Assembly: GCF_000195855.1 (NCBI RefSeq)
Contig: NC_002677.1
Location: 1,650,001-1,682,000 of the forward strand
Source of the DNA: Mycobacterium leprae TN
GTDB lineage: Bacteria; Actinomycetota; Actinomycetes; Mycobacteriales; Mycobacteriaceae
Direction of reading: 5' to 3'
Length of the DNA: 32,000 bases
Below the pieces are notes generated by a model. The model saw nothing but the letters and a program-made list of their open reading frames with translations, was not told the DNA's origin and did not search any database. This document shows, piece after piece, positions 1 through 9,654 of the stretch; the stretch's first letter is position 1, and every line of letters begins with the position of its first letter. Position numbers and translations under genes: made by a program.

Positions 1-943
1 CGTCAAACCCCTCGTCGACTTCGGGTACACGCTCTCCAGCGGCGGCCAAAGCCTCAAACAACCGGTCACGTAACACCCGGAACTCTAGGTTGTCGAAGAG
101 CCGGTGAATTCGGTCGCGATCCCACGGCTGCAGCCGCAGCGTGTCCGAGGTTTGCACCAACGGCACATCTTTGACAAGCTCTGTGAGCTCTCGGTTGCGC
201 ACCACGCTGGCTAGATGCGTCCGCAACGCTTCGCCCACCTTGCCGCGGACCGACTCGACATTGTCGACCAGCCCTTGTAGCGAACCGTAATCGACGATCC
301 ACTTGGCGGCGGTCTTTTCCCCCACGCCGGGAATACCGGGCAGATTGTCGCTGGGATCGCCACGTAGCGCCGCTAAGTCGGGGTACTGCGCCGGCGTCAC
401 CCCGTACTTCTCGATAACAGCCTCTGGTGTGAAGCGGGTGAGTTCGCTAACGCCTTTACGAGGATAGAGCACCGTCACGTCGTTGCTGACCAGCTGAAGT
501 GCGTCGCGGTCACCGGTGACCACCAGCACACGGTAACCCTCGTTTTCGGCTTGAGTAGCCAACGTCGCGATGAGGTCGTCAGCCTCGAATCCAGCCTCAG
601 CGAACACCGTGATACCCAGCGCACCTAAGACTTCCTTAGTGATGTCGATCTGGCCGTGGAACTCAGCGGGGATTGATGACCGATTAGCCTTGTATCCCGC
701 ATAGCACTCGGAGCGAAACGTTTTCCGCGATACATCGAACGCCGCAGCGATATGCGTTGGAGCCTCCTCACGCAGCAAGTTGATCAGCATGGCGGTGAAG
801 CCGTACACCGCGTTGGTGGTGAGGCCACCGCGGGTCTTGAAATTCTCTGTTGGCAGTGCGTAAAATGCGCGAAATGCCAGCGAATTGCCGTCCAGCAGCA
901 TCAGCATTGGCTTGGTGTGGTCTTCGCAGACTTCAGCGGTCAT
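1..943 (-). CDS. polA: DNA polymerase I, N-terminal part (3' end of the gene lies outside the window)
   Basis: Minus strand reads MTAEVCEDHTKPMLMLLDGNSLAFRAFYALPTENFKTRGGLTTNAVYGF... followed by the 5' nuclease motifs (VTGDRDALQLVSDDVTVLYPRKGVSEL, FAALRGDPSDNLPGIPGVGEKTAAKWIVDYGSL). The frame is open to the window edge, so it is missing from the ORF track. Confidence 0.95.
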   Translation of the reverse strand, partial: MTAEVCEDHTKPMLMLLDGNSLAFRAFYALPTENFKTRGGLTTNAVYGFTAMLINLLREEAPTHIAAAFDVSRKTFRSECYAGYKANRSSIPAEFHGQIDITKEVLGALGITVFAEAGFEADDLIATLATQAENEGYRVLVVTGDRDALQLVSNDVTVLYPRKGVSELTRFTPEAVIEKYGVTPAQYPDLAALRGDPSDNLPGIPGVGEKTAAKWIVDYGSLQGLVDNVESVRGKVGEALRTHLASVVRNRELTELVKDVPLVQTSDTLRLQPWDRDRIHRLFDNLEFRVLRDRLFEALAAAGERVPEVDEGFD

Positions 944-1009
944 TGCTGCACTCACGGCTCATACTCTAGGGTCTCGTGTTTGTGTCTGTGGCGGTGAGTT
1001 GTTCGGTTG

Positions 1010-1700
1010 GTTTCATAGGTGGTGGGTGAAATGGCTGTTTTTGCGTTTTATGACTGGCCGATATGTTCGGTAGTCGTGGGGGGCAGCCCGGAATCCTGTT
1101 GACGTGTTTTGCTGTGTTGCGGGGTTTTTGTTGGTGGGTGGCTGACTGCCTGCTTTCGATGAGGCTTCGTGTGCTTTGCCGCAGTGGACACGATTAGCGC
1201 GGCGCACGTAAGCATGTCGGTGGTGGGTGCTGCTTGGTCTACATGTTGATGATGCCAGGGGCTGGGCACCTGGGCTGTGCTGAAGGCGATATCGATGCAG
1301 GCGTGAGTGTGAGGATAGTTGTTAGCGCCGCGGGGTAGGGGCGTTTTAGTGTGCATGTCATGGCCTTGAGGTGTCGGCGTGGTCAATGTGGCCGCACCTG
1401 AACAGGCACGTCCCCGTGCACGGTATAACTATTCGCACCTGATGTTATCCCTTGCACCATTTCTGCCGCTGGTATCGGTGTCGGCGGCTTGTTGACCGGC
1501 CCTCAGCCAGCAAGCAGGCATGCCGCCGGGTGCAGCAGTATCGTGTTAGTGAACAGTGCATCGATGATCCGGCCGTCGGCGGCACATACGGCAACCTTCT
1601 AGCGCAGATCAACCACCCACACCCCACCAGCCCACCACAACACCACCCAAACCAAACCAGCAAAAAATAACCACCAAATGACCATCACGACGACACCTTG
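1010..1700 (+). repeat. RLEP dispersed repeat of M. leprae (boundaries approximate)
   Basis: Contains TGCATGTCATGGCCTTGAGG at 1352-1371 and TTCTGCCGCTGGTATCGGTG at 1461-1480. These are the standard RLEP PCR primer sites (LP1 and reverse complement of LP2), giving exactly 129 bp. Element ends cannot be fixed from one copy. Confidence 0.88.
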
Positions 1701-1789
1701 AAGTCTAAACGGACAAGTTACTGGTTACTGGCCGGGCGCGGCTTTACCCGATAGCAGCGGACGGCTGTCAACGCGATACTTCACGCCCC

Positions 1790-2440
1790 CATGGCCAAGA
1801 CGGCTCACTGAGCAATGATTTCAGTCACCGCCTAGAATCGCACTTCGCGCCTGGCAGATGAAATCATAGTCAGCTCGGGTAAGAACGATCGAGTCTATCC
1901 TAGACCCCAAACACCACACGATGTCGATCACGCACTGAATGGTCGGCAGCACGAAAAGCGTCGTAAGTGCCGCCTCGCTGCCCGGTAGGAACTGCGGCAG
2001 CATCGCGATCCCGAGGGTGGCCGCTTTAGGGTTGGCGGTGATCGAAACTAACTCACGCACGCGATGTTGTAGCCGACGTCCTGCCTCGAGGCGCGACGCG
2101 ATAGGGACCTCGATATAGAGATATTTTGGTTACTTTAAGCGTTACGCCACGCATTGGTGCCGAGTCAGACCAGGATTGCCGCCTTGATGACGTGCAGCAT
2201 CACCGACAGTGTGCGGTTGCCCGTCTCAGTCACACCGCCAATCCGACGCCGCCGGCCATGGGTCCAGCCTAACAACCCGATTTCGTTGCCGACCACGGCC
2301 ACCAGACCTGCCGCACGACCGAACCGGACCGGAATGGCGCAGCAACAACGCGATGGCGGGACCGGGAAGAACGACAAGGATAACGCAGGCCAGCAAGAAG
2401 GCCGGCAGCACGTTGACCAAATATTGCATGATCCATGATC
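1790..2440 (-). pseudogene. Relic of a LysE/RhtB-family amino-acid exporter
   Basis: Minus-strand fragments in shifting frames: MQYLVNVLPAFLLACVILVVLPGPAIALLLRHSG / AAGLVAVVGNEIGLLGW / LSVMLHVIKAAILV / SITANPKAATLGIAMLPQFLPG. These are typical LysE/RhtB motifs (PGPA near the N-terminus, NPKAxLFFxAFLPQF). Confidence 0.75.
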
Positions 2441-2727
2441 GGAGTAGGGAGTATATCGGATGAGTCAAGCTGTTTTGTTAGCATCGTTTTTGCGGTAGGT
2501 GGTGGATGCGGCCAGCGAATCAGCAGCTTCATGCCATCTTGACGCTGTCCTCATCCTCAGGTGACGAGGTGGTGGCTAAGTGTGTATTTTCGGTGAGTCA
2601 AAGCGCGGGTTTGTCCAGCATGTGCACAGTCGAGTAGCCTCGGCAGGTAATCGCCCGCCCAGGATGGCGGGTAATAAATAATGCCAATTGTCCCTACGAG
2701 TGAGCATGTCCGGAGCAACCCAACAAC

Positions 2728-4173
2728 ATGTCAATTCCCGCCGTCCCCTCGCCCCAAATAGCCGTCAATGACGTAGGCTCCAGCGAGGACTTTCTTGCCG
2801 CAATAGACAAAACGATCAAGTACTTTAACGATGGCGACATCGTCGAAGGCACCATCGTTAAAGTGGACCGGGACGAGGTGCTCCTTGACATCGGATACAA
2901 GACCGAAGGGGTAATTCCCGCCCGCGAACTCTCCATCAAACACGACGTCGACCCCAATGAGGTCGTTTCTGTGGGCGACGAGGTGGAGGCTCTGGTACTT
3001 ACCAAAGAGGACAAAGAGGGGCGGCTCATCCTGTCCAAGAAGCGTGCGCAGTACGAGCGCGCGTGGGGCACCATCGAGGCACTTAAGGAGAAGGATGAGG
3101 CTGTCAAGGGCATCGTCATCGAGGTGGTCAAGGGCGGTCTGATCCTCGATATCGGGTTGCGTGGCTTCCTACCTGCCTCGTTGGTGGAGATGCGCCGTGT
3201 TCGCGATCTGCAACCGTACATCGGCAAGGAGATCGAGGCCAAGATCATCGAGCTAGACAAAAACCGCAACAACGTGGTATTATCGCGGCGGGCTTGGCTG
3301 GAACAGACCCAATCCGAGGTGCGCAGTGAATTCCTCAATCAGCTGCAGAAGGGTGCTATACGCAAGGGTGTAGTATCGTCCATCGTAAACTTTGGTGCGT
3401 TTGTCGATCTGGGCGGTGTAGACGGTTTGGTGCACGTCTCCGAACTGTCCTGGAAGCACATCGACCATCCGTCCGAGGTGGTCCAGGTGGGGAATGAAGT
3501 TACCGTCGAGGTTCTCGACGTTGATATGGACCGCGAGCGGGTTTCGTTGTCTCTCAAAGCAACTCAGGAAGACCCGTGGCGGCATTTTGCCCGCACCCAC
3601 GCCATCGGGCAAATCGTGCCAGGTAAGGTGACCAAGTTGGTTCCGTTTGGTGCCTTCGTTCGTGTTGAGGAAGGCATCGAAGGTCTGGTGCACATCTCGG
3701 AGCTGGCCGAACGGCACGTCGAGGTGCCTGACCAGGTGGTTGCTGTCGGCGACGATGCGATGGTCAAAGTCATTGACATCGACTTGGAGCGACGCCGGAT
3801 TTCGCTGTCGTTGAAGCAGGCCAACGAGGACTACATCGAGGAGTTCGACCCGGCAAAGTACGGTATGGCCGACAGCTACGACGAGCAGGGCAACTACATC
3901 TTCCCTGAGGGCTTTGATCCCGACTCCAACGAGTGGCTAGAGGGTTTTGACACCCAGCGCGCCGAATGGGAGGCCCGTTACGCTGAAGCCGAACGTCGCT
4001 ACAAGATGCACACCATCCAAATGGAGAAGTTCGCTGCAACCGAGGAGGCCGGACACGGCAGTAGCGAGCAGCCCCCGGCCAGCAGTACACCTTCGGCGAA
4101 GGCCACGGGTGGGTCGCTGGCTAGCGATGCCCAACTAGCAGCTTTACGGGAAAAGCTCGCCGGCAGCGCATAA
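2728..4173 (+). CDS. rpsA: 30S ribosomal protein S1
   Basis: 481-aa ORF with four S1 repeats (GDIVEGTIVKVDRDEVLLDIGYKTEGVIP, GLVHVSELSWKHIDHPSEVV, GLVHISELAERHVEVPDQVV). Nearly identical to mycobacterial RpsA. Confidence 0.97.
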   Translation: MSIPAVPSPQIAVNDVGSSEDFLAAIDKTIKYFNDGDIVEGTIVKVDRDEVLLDIGYKTEGVIPARELSIKHDVDPNEVVSVGDEVEALVLTKEDKEGRLILSKKRAQYERAWGTIEALKEKDEAVKGIVIEVVKGGLILDIGLRGFLPASLVEMRRVRDLQPYIGKEIEAKIIELDKNRNNVVLSRRAWLEQTQSEVRSEFLNQLQKGAIRKGVVSSIVNFGAFVDLGGVDGLVHVSELSWKHIDHPSEVVQVGNEVTVEVLDVDMDRERVSLSLKATQEDPWRHFARTHAIGQIVPGKVTKLVPFGAFVRVEEGIEGLVHISELAERHVEVPDQVVAVGDDAMVKVIDIDLERRRISLSLKQANEDYIEEFDPAKYGMADSYDEQGNYIFPEGFDPDSNEWLEGFDTQRAEWEARYAEAERRYKMHTIQMEKFAATEEAGHGSSEQPPASSTPSAKATGGSLASDAQLAALREKLAGSA

Positions 4174-4199
4174 TAACTGTTCTGGGTCGTATTCGTGTA

Positions 4200-5432
4200 A
4201 TGCTGTGCATCGGGATCACCGGTGGCATCGGCGCCGGGAAGTCTTTGCTGTCTAGTACGTTCTCACAGTGTGGTGGGATCGTCGTCGACGGCGATGTGCT
4301 GGCACGCGAAGTGGTGCAGCCCGGCACCAAAGGATTGTCATCGCTGGTCGATGCATTTGGTCAGGACATCCTGCTTCCTGGCGGTGCGTTGGATCGGCGG
4401 GCTTTGGCTGTCAAGGCTTTTCGAGACGACGCGGCGCGCAATGTGCTTAACGGGATTGTGCACCCACTGGTGGCCAACCGCCGCGCGGAGATCATTGCGG
4501 CGATATCCGAGGACGCGGTTGTGGTCGAAGACATTCCTCTGCTGGTGGAATCCGGGATGGCGCACCTGTTCCCGCTGGTCGTTGTGGTGCATGCCGACGT
4601 CGAACTGCGAGTACGCAGGCTGGTTGAGCAACGTGGTGTGGCCGAAACGGATGCGCGTGCCAGGATCGCTGCACAGGCTAGCGATGAGGAGCGTCGTGCT
4701 GTTGCTGATGTCTGGTTAGACAATTCAAGTACACCAGAGGTTTTGGTCCAACGGGCTCGTGACCTATGGTACCATCGCATATTGCCGTTCGCCTACAACC
4801 TGAGTCAGCGTCAGGCGGTCTATGCACCGGCAGGTTTGGTCACGTCTGATCCGATCTGGCTGGGGCAGGCGAAGCGCATTGTTGCTCGGCTGAAGACCAC
4901 GTGTGGCCATAAGGCGTTACGCGTTGACCACATCGGCTCGACCGCGGTGCCGCATTATCCAGGTTTTCCTGATTTTCAGGCCAAAGACATCATCGACATT
5001 CAGATCACCGTCGAGTCACTAGCGATGGCTGACGAACTCGCCGACCCTCTGTTGTCTGCCGGGTACCCGCGCCTGGAGCACGTCACCGGTGATGCCGCCA
5101 AGACCAATGCCCGCAGCACCGTAGATCGCTACGAACACAGTAGCGACCCAAATTTATGGCACAAGAGGTTTCATGCCTCTGCAGACCCCGGTCGACCGAC
5201 ATACGTGCATATCCGGGTGGCTGGCTGGCCGAATCAGCAATTCGGTTTGCTGTTCGTCGACTGGTTGAAAGCTAACCCGGGTGTGCGTGCCGACTACTTG
5301 GACGTCAAACGCACGGCGGACCGGCTGGCGGCCGGAGACATGGGCCGTTACGCCGACGCGAAGGAACCATGGCTCCTCGACGCCTACCGGCGAGCGTGGG
5401 AGTGGGCCGACTCCACGGGTTGGCGGCTCTAG
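4200..5432 (+). CDS. coaE: Dephospho-CoA kinase with C-terminal GrpB/UPF0157 domain
   Basis: 410-aa ORF. Walker A GITGGIGAGKSLLS at the N-terminus; C-terminal part DHIGSTAVPHYPGFPDFQAKDIIDIQITVESL is the GrpB/UPF0157 domain. Same architecture as Rv1631. Confidence 0.93.
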   Translation: MLCIGITGGIGAGKSLLSSTFSQCGGIVVDGDVLAREVVQPGTKGLSSLVDAFGQDILLPGGALDRRALAVKAFRDDAARNVLNGIVHPLVANRRAEIIAAISEDAVVVEDIPLLVESGMAHLFPLVVVVHADVELRVRRLVEQRGVAETDARARIAAQASDEERRAVADVWLDNSSTPEVLVQRARDLWYHRILPFAYNLSQRQAVYAPAGLVTSDPIWLGQAKRIVARLKTTCGHKALRVDHIGSTAVPHYPGFPDFQAKDIIDIQITVESLAMADELADPLLSAGYPRLEHVTGDAAKTNARSTVDRYEHSSDPNLWHKRFHASADPGRPTYVHIRVAGWPNQQFGLLFVDWLKANPGVRADYLDVKRTADRLAAGDMGRYADAKEPWLLDAYRRAWEWADSTGWRL

Positions 5433-6086
5433 GTGGGCCCTAAGTAGACATGGACGTGTCGGGGGATCGCGGCAACCGTTTATGGGATTTGGTACTTCCG
5501 GGTGTCGGTCTAAAACTAATTTTGTTTTGGTCGACTTGGGTGAAAAGGTGATCTCCCACGATGATATCGCAAGTGCACGTTCGTCTAGTAGGGTCAATGA
5601 AGCAAAATCTGCATGTTGGCTTGCTGCGGGCCAGCCAGCACCACGTCGGCATGGAATACGTTGCCGGGCAATCAAGCATCAGGCCAGTGGTATTCCTTTA
5701 ACCACCAGTGGTCACGAAGGCGACCTGGCTCCCGATTGTCGCCCCATCGACTTGGCCGACATAGGCGATCTTGTGGAGATCGGTACGCACACAGTCGCCA
5801 AGCTTAACTGGGAGACAGCGGCGATGACCGTGACGGCGGCGATTAGCATTTGCCAGGGCTTGCTGGAGCGCATAGTTGCTGCAATTACGCCCACTGTCGA
5901 TCGCTAGTCACATGGGCCACAGTTGGCTGTGGGAATTTTTGAGTTGGTTATCGCTGACGTTACGTGATTCACCAGTGTAGTATTGTATATGATATCGCAT
6001 TAAGGAGTCGCCTGTTAGTTTAGCCGCTCGCCAAGATGGGTGAAACGATCGGCTCGGGACTGTGGCCGGACCGGCCGCCTGTCGGC

Positions 6087-6599
6087 TTAGTTCCCACTCC
6101 AGGTGATTTTCATGCCTTGGGCAGCTAGCCAGCGTGAGAGAGTGTAGTCGTTGCGGGCTAGGCCGTCGACCGTGGCTACGGCACGCCGGACCGCCTGCTC
6201 GGCGACCTCTAGGGTCAGCAGACCGTGACGGACGGCATCCAGCAGTTCGTCGACATCGGCCAGTCTTGCCACGGCCCCGGTGCGAACCTCGATGTCGAGA
6301 TAATGGTCTTCAGAACGCCACACGACTGGGCCAGGCGTATATTCGCCCACATCGAGGTAGTAGTCATGGTCGCTTTCCTGGCCCGGGTTAAAGTGGAAAA
6401 CCGTGGCGCGCAAGCCCAGGGATGGAAGCAGCCACGACTCGAGATAATGGAATTGAGCTCGGCCGGGAGTGGGTCGAGCAACATAAAGCCCCCACGGTTG
6501 AACCGTGTACTGGTCGACGGCCCGGACAATCCCTTTGGGATCGGTGTTGGTCCGGGCGACTAGGTCGAACGTCTCATGCTTGGGTGGATGTATAATGTC
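6087..6599 (-). CDS. DUF402-family conserved protein (Rv1632c position); 5' end problematic
   Basis: Reading frame open from the stop at 6603-6605 down to 6087: DIIHPPKHETFDLVARTNTDPKGIVRAVDQYTVQPWGLYVARPTPGRAQFHYLESWLLPSLGLRATVFHFNPGQESDHDYYLDVGEYT... The ORF track starts only at an internal TTG (6413). Confidence 0.6.
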   Translation of the reverse strand, partial: DIIHPPKHETFDLVARTNTDPKGIVRAVDQYTVQPWGLYVARPTPGRAQFHYLESWLLPSLGLRATVFHFNPGQESDHDYYLDVGEYTPGPVVWRSEDHYLDIEVRTGAVARLADVDELLDAVRHGLLTLEVAEQAVRRAVATVDGLARNDYTLSRWLAAQGMKITWSGN

Positions 6600-6639
6600 A
6601 CCTTATAGCGATTCAGCGGCCTCTAATGGCCCGTTAGCG

Positions 6640-9090
6640 GCGGAGCCAGCCAGATTTTCCGCCGCACAAAATTGGCATACACATAGAAATAATGCAGCTG
6701 GCATGCCCATGTTGAACAGCCAAATCTTCGACTTGCGGTGCCAAAGCCGGTATTCGGTGAGCATTGAAGGCGGTGTCAGGGCTCGCATATTGATCGTTGA
6801 TGCCGCCGCGGTGTAGCCCGCCCAGCGGGCAGGCATTGCGCAAGAAAGTTTGGTCGAGCCCAAGTCGGCTGGCTACCGCGACCATCCCCCCGCACAAAAT
6901 CAGCTTCGCCATCATCGACACCACGAACAGCACCATTATATATCATGTCTCGTGAGAGCGTATCAGCGCTAAGATGGCCAGGCCAAGGATGGATTAGGCC
7001 ATACGTGTCGTGGCCGACAGTCACAAACAGCTCGGTAGTAGCCGCGAAAAGTGTGGCGCTCAACAGCACAGCGCCACAGGTCGGCGCGCTCTTGTCGAGA
7101 AACCATGGTCGTGGTGATGATTGCCGACTGCAGGATGACAAACGTGCAGAAGACTGCGGTTTTAGCAAGCCGATAAGCCGTGGTCGACAATCCGACCGCT
7201 TGTTCGTGTTGAAAGGTCGCGCGTTCGCTAACTCGGTTGTGGATTGTCAGCGCGGTGCCGATGAAGGCCGTGGCGAGGGCTGAGCAGGTTCAGCACCTGA
7301 GTGGCTTCGTCGGGAGTGCTGGTGTGTGGGGGTATGCGCAGTCCGCTGATGCCGAGAACTGTCGGAGAAAGCGCACCTAGAATGAACGGCAGCCGCATCG
7401 GGCATAGAAAGTAAGTGCGGTGGCTACCACCAGACGGACCTGTCGGAGTGCGATGGCTGAGGATTGGTTACCGGACGTTGGTGTATGCCAGTTTACCCAG
7501 CTCGGTTGGCTCATCAACTTTGACTGGTGCCTTAAGCTGGTTTTGGTCCTGGGGCAGGAAGCGTTCGGTTGGCTTGCCCGGGATCGGCGCCCACCTTGGC
7601 CCAGTTGCTAGTTTTCATTCGCCTCGACGATGTCGTTAGGAGAGGGGTCTCGTAGTACGCCGTCTTTTCACCCGCTGTGAACAGCAGCAGCTGGTCGCAG
7701 ATAGCGCGATACCGGACAACATGTGTGTCACCACAATCACCACGCGGTCGATTGTCGGCCAACACGACGCAGCATAGTCATCACCTGGCCAGTTGACGCC
7801 AGGTCCAGGCCCGACGTCGGCTCGTCAAGGATCAGCAGCGACGACCCGGTGAGTAGCTTGAGCCCCTTCGAGGCGTGCTTGTGCTTACCGCCGGACAGAC
7901 TTGTTCACCCGGGTGTCGGTATGTTTGGCTAGATCTCGCTTTGCGAGTACCTGGGTGACGACCTTGGCACGATTGATTTTGCTGGTGTCGGGTGCGGCAG
8001 CCCTAGTGTGGCGGTGTAGTTCCGTGCCTAGTTGACTGTCAACGGGCGGTGCAGCACGTCATCTCTTGCAGGACCATCCCGATCCTGTTGTGCAACGACG
8101 CATATTCGGCGTGGACATCGTTCCCCATCTAAACTAACCTAGCCCGAAATCGAGCGAGCTTAACCTGCTATCTAGCCGCGCGAAAGCGGTTTTCCCTGCA
8201 CCGGAACCACCGATAATCGCGGTCAGCGTGTCGGGTCTGGTGAGTAATGAGATGTCATCCAGCAGTGGTTTTACGTTATCGACGGTGTCCTTGACCCCAC
8301 GCATCTCCAGCCCGCCGGTGTGCATCGCCACCTCGGTGCGCGGGAGTAGGGTGTTGTTTAGTGAACACCAGGCCGACATTGTCGATAGTGACCACGTCAC
8401 CCTCGGTCAAGATCGCTGATCCGCCGCGGGTGCCGTTGACGAACGGCCGTTAATGCTGCGGTCTCGGATTGCGGTACCACATGGCGTCAAACCTACGTGG
8501 TGTTGATAGCGGGAAGCCAAATTATCGGGGATGACGATGTCGCTGCCGTTAACACGACCAATCGTGACTGTGCTGGCCGTCTCGGATATCTGGGCGGGTC
8601 CTGGTGGACTTGCTGTGACAAGAACTTGACTATTCTCGTCTCGTCGCAAAGTTGGAAGCGTATGCTGAGAAAGTGTCGATCACCGTGCACTCGGCGGGCG
8701 GTGTCGAGTTGGGCTGAGTTGGTCACTCCGGTGTTGACCGCAGTCACCTCGTTCAGTTGGGTGCGGTGCTGCGAAGGTAGGGACTCCCGGTCTGACGTTC
8801 TGGATTCAGTGGCCAGGCGAAGGTGGATGGCCCCGAGTCTGGCATTGACCTCGTTTGTAGTGGCTGGTTGATCGTCACTTGCCGAGTTTTGATCTCGAAG
8901 GTCAGCCGCGGCCCGTGCGGACTCCCAACGTTGACCCTTCGGGTGTCGTGAATGTCGAGAACTGGCATGCGGTAACTGTTGACGTAAGTTCCGTTTAACG
9001 AACCGTTATCGATTGCCAACCACCGGCCCGGTCAAAATGCAGAATGAGGACGGATACGGGAAGATCCTTGGATCCGCGATGGGCAAATCA
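6640..9090 (-). pseudogene. Relic of an FHA-domain ABC transporter (Rv1747-like)
   Basis: Ordered minus-strand fragments in several frames: WLAIDNGSLNGTYVNSYRMPVLDIHDTRRVNVG (FHA1), IGRVNGSDIVIPDNLASRYQHHVGLTP (FHA2), PLLDDISLLTRPDTLTAIIGGSGAGKTAFARL (Walker A), the LTGSSLLILDEPTSGLDLA-type Walker B region near 7810-7860, then permease pieces LSTTAYRLAKTAVFCTFVILQSAIITT and MMAKLILCGGMVAVASRLGLDQ. Confidence 0.85.
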
Positions 9091-9654
9091 GCGTGCGCAT
9101 CACGTCTAAGATTACTTCATGGCCTGCCGCCAAGGACTGGTGTGACCTGTTGTGCTGAATTGTCCACACTGGCGGGACTGGTCGACTCACTACATCAGTA
9201 TCGGTCGATTGAGTTTGTCAGCTCCATCAGACTTGCTTCTGATTTCGTTTTGTTTTCGACATAGCCAGCATCGGCCCATCGCCTATGCACATCCGGCATA
9301 ATTTGGCAATGCTGGGTGTGCAAAGAGACATATCCGGACTCCATACCGATCCCAGCCACCCAGAGTTGTTCGCCCCGCGCCGGGTTGCGATGCTACCTGC
9401 AGGCAATGTCAATGAGCAAAAGGGTAACCAAACATGGACGAGGTTAAGGGAACCCCACCCGGGGTCTGAATGCTGGGCGACGGCTGCGGAGTAACCCCAC
9501 GACATGTGCGCGGTGTTGCGTACGGGCTTTCAATCGTTGCCTTCGCCGACCGTAGCGCACCTGTTTGGCCGAGTTCCACCAGTCAGTGTGTCTCCCCTAA
9601 ATGTCTAGGCGCCCGCCGTTTCGGCGTATGGGGAGACCAGCGGGTAACGCCGCG

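Noticed and set aside
1452-1670. Small ORFs (72-73 aa) on both strands within RLEP
   Set aside because: The DNA is explained by the non-coding RLEP repeat. Both strands are open by composition and neither has a known domain.
1590-1690. Cytosine/adenine-rich CCACC-type stretch resembling a short tandem repeat or CRISPR-like array
   Set aside because: No regular unit length or conserved spacer structure; it is biased sequence at the edge of RLEP.
2694-3338. 214-aa minus-strand ORF opposite rpsA
   Set aside because: Antisense shadow of rpsA, Ser/Thr/Arg-rich low-complexity translation, no family motifs.
5281-5907. 208-aa plus-strand ORF overlapping the coaE 3' end
   Set aside because: The first half is an alternate frame of coaE and the rest has no recognisable homology, so I do not call it a gene.
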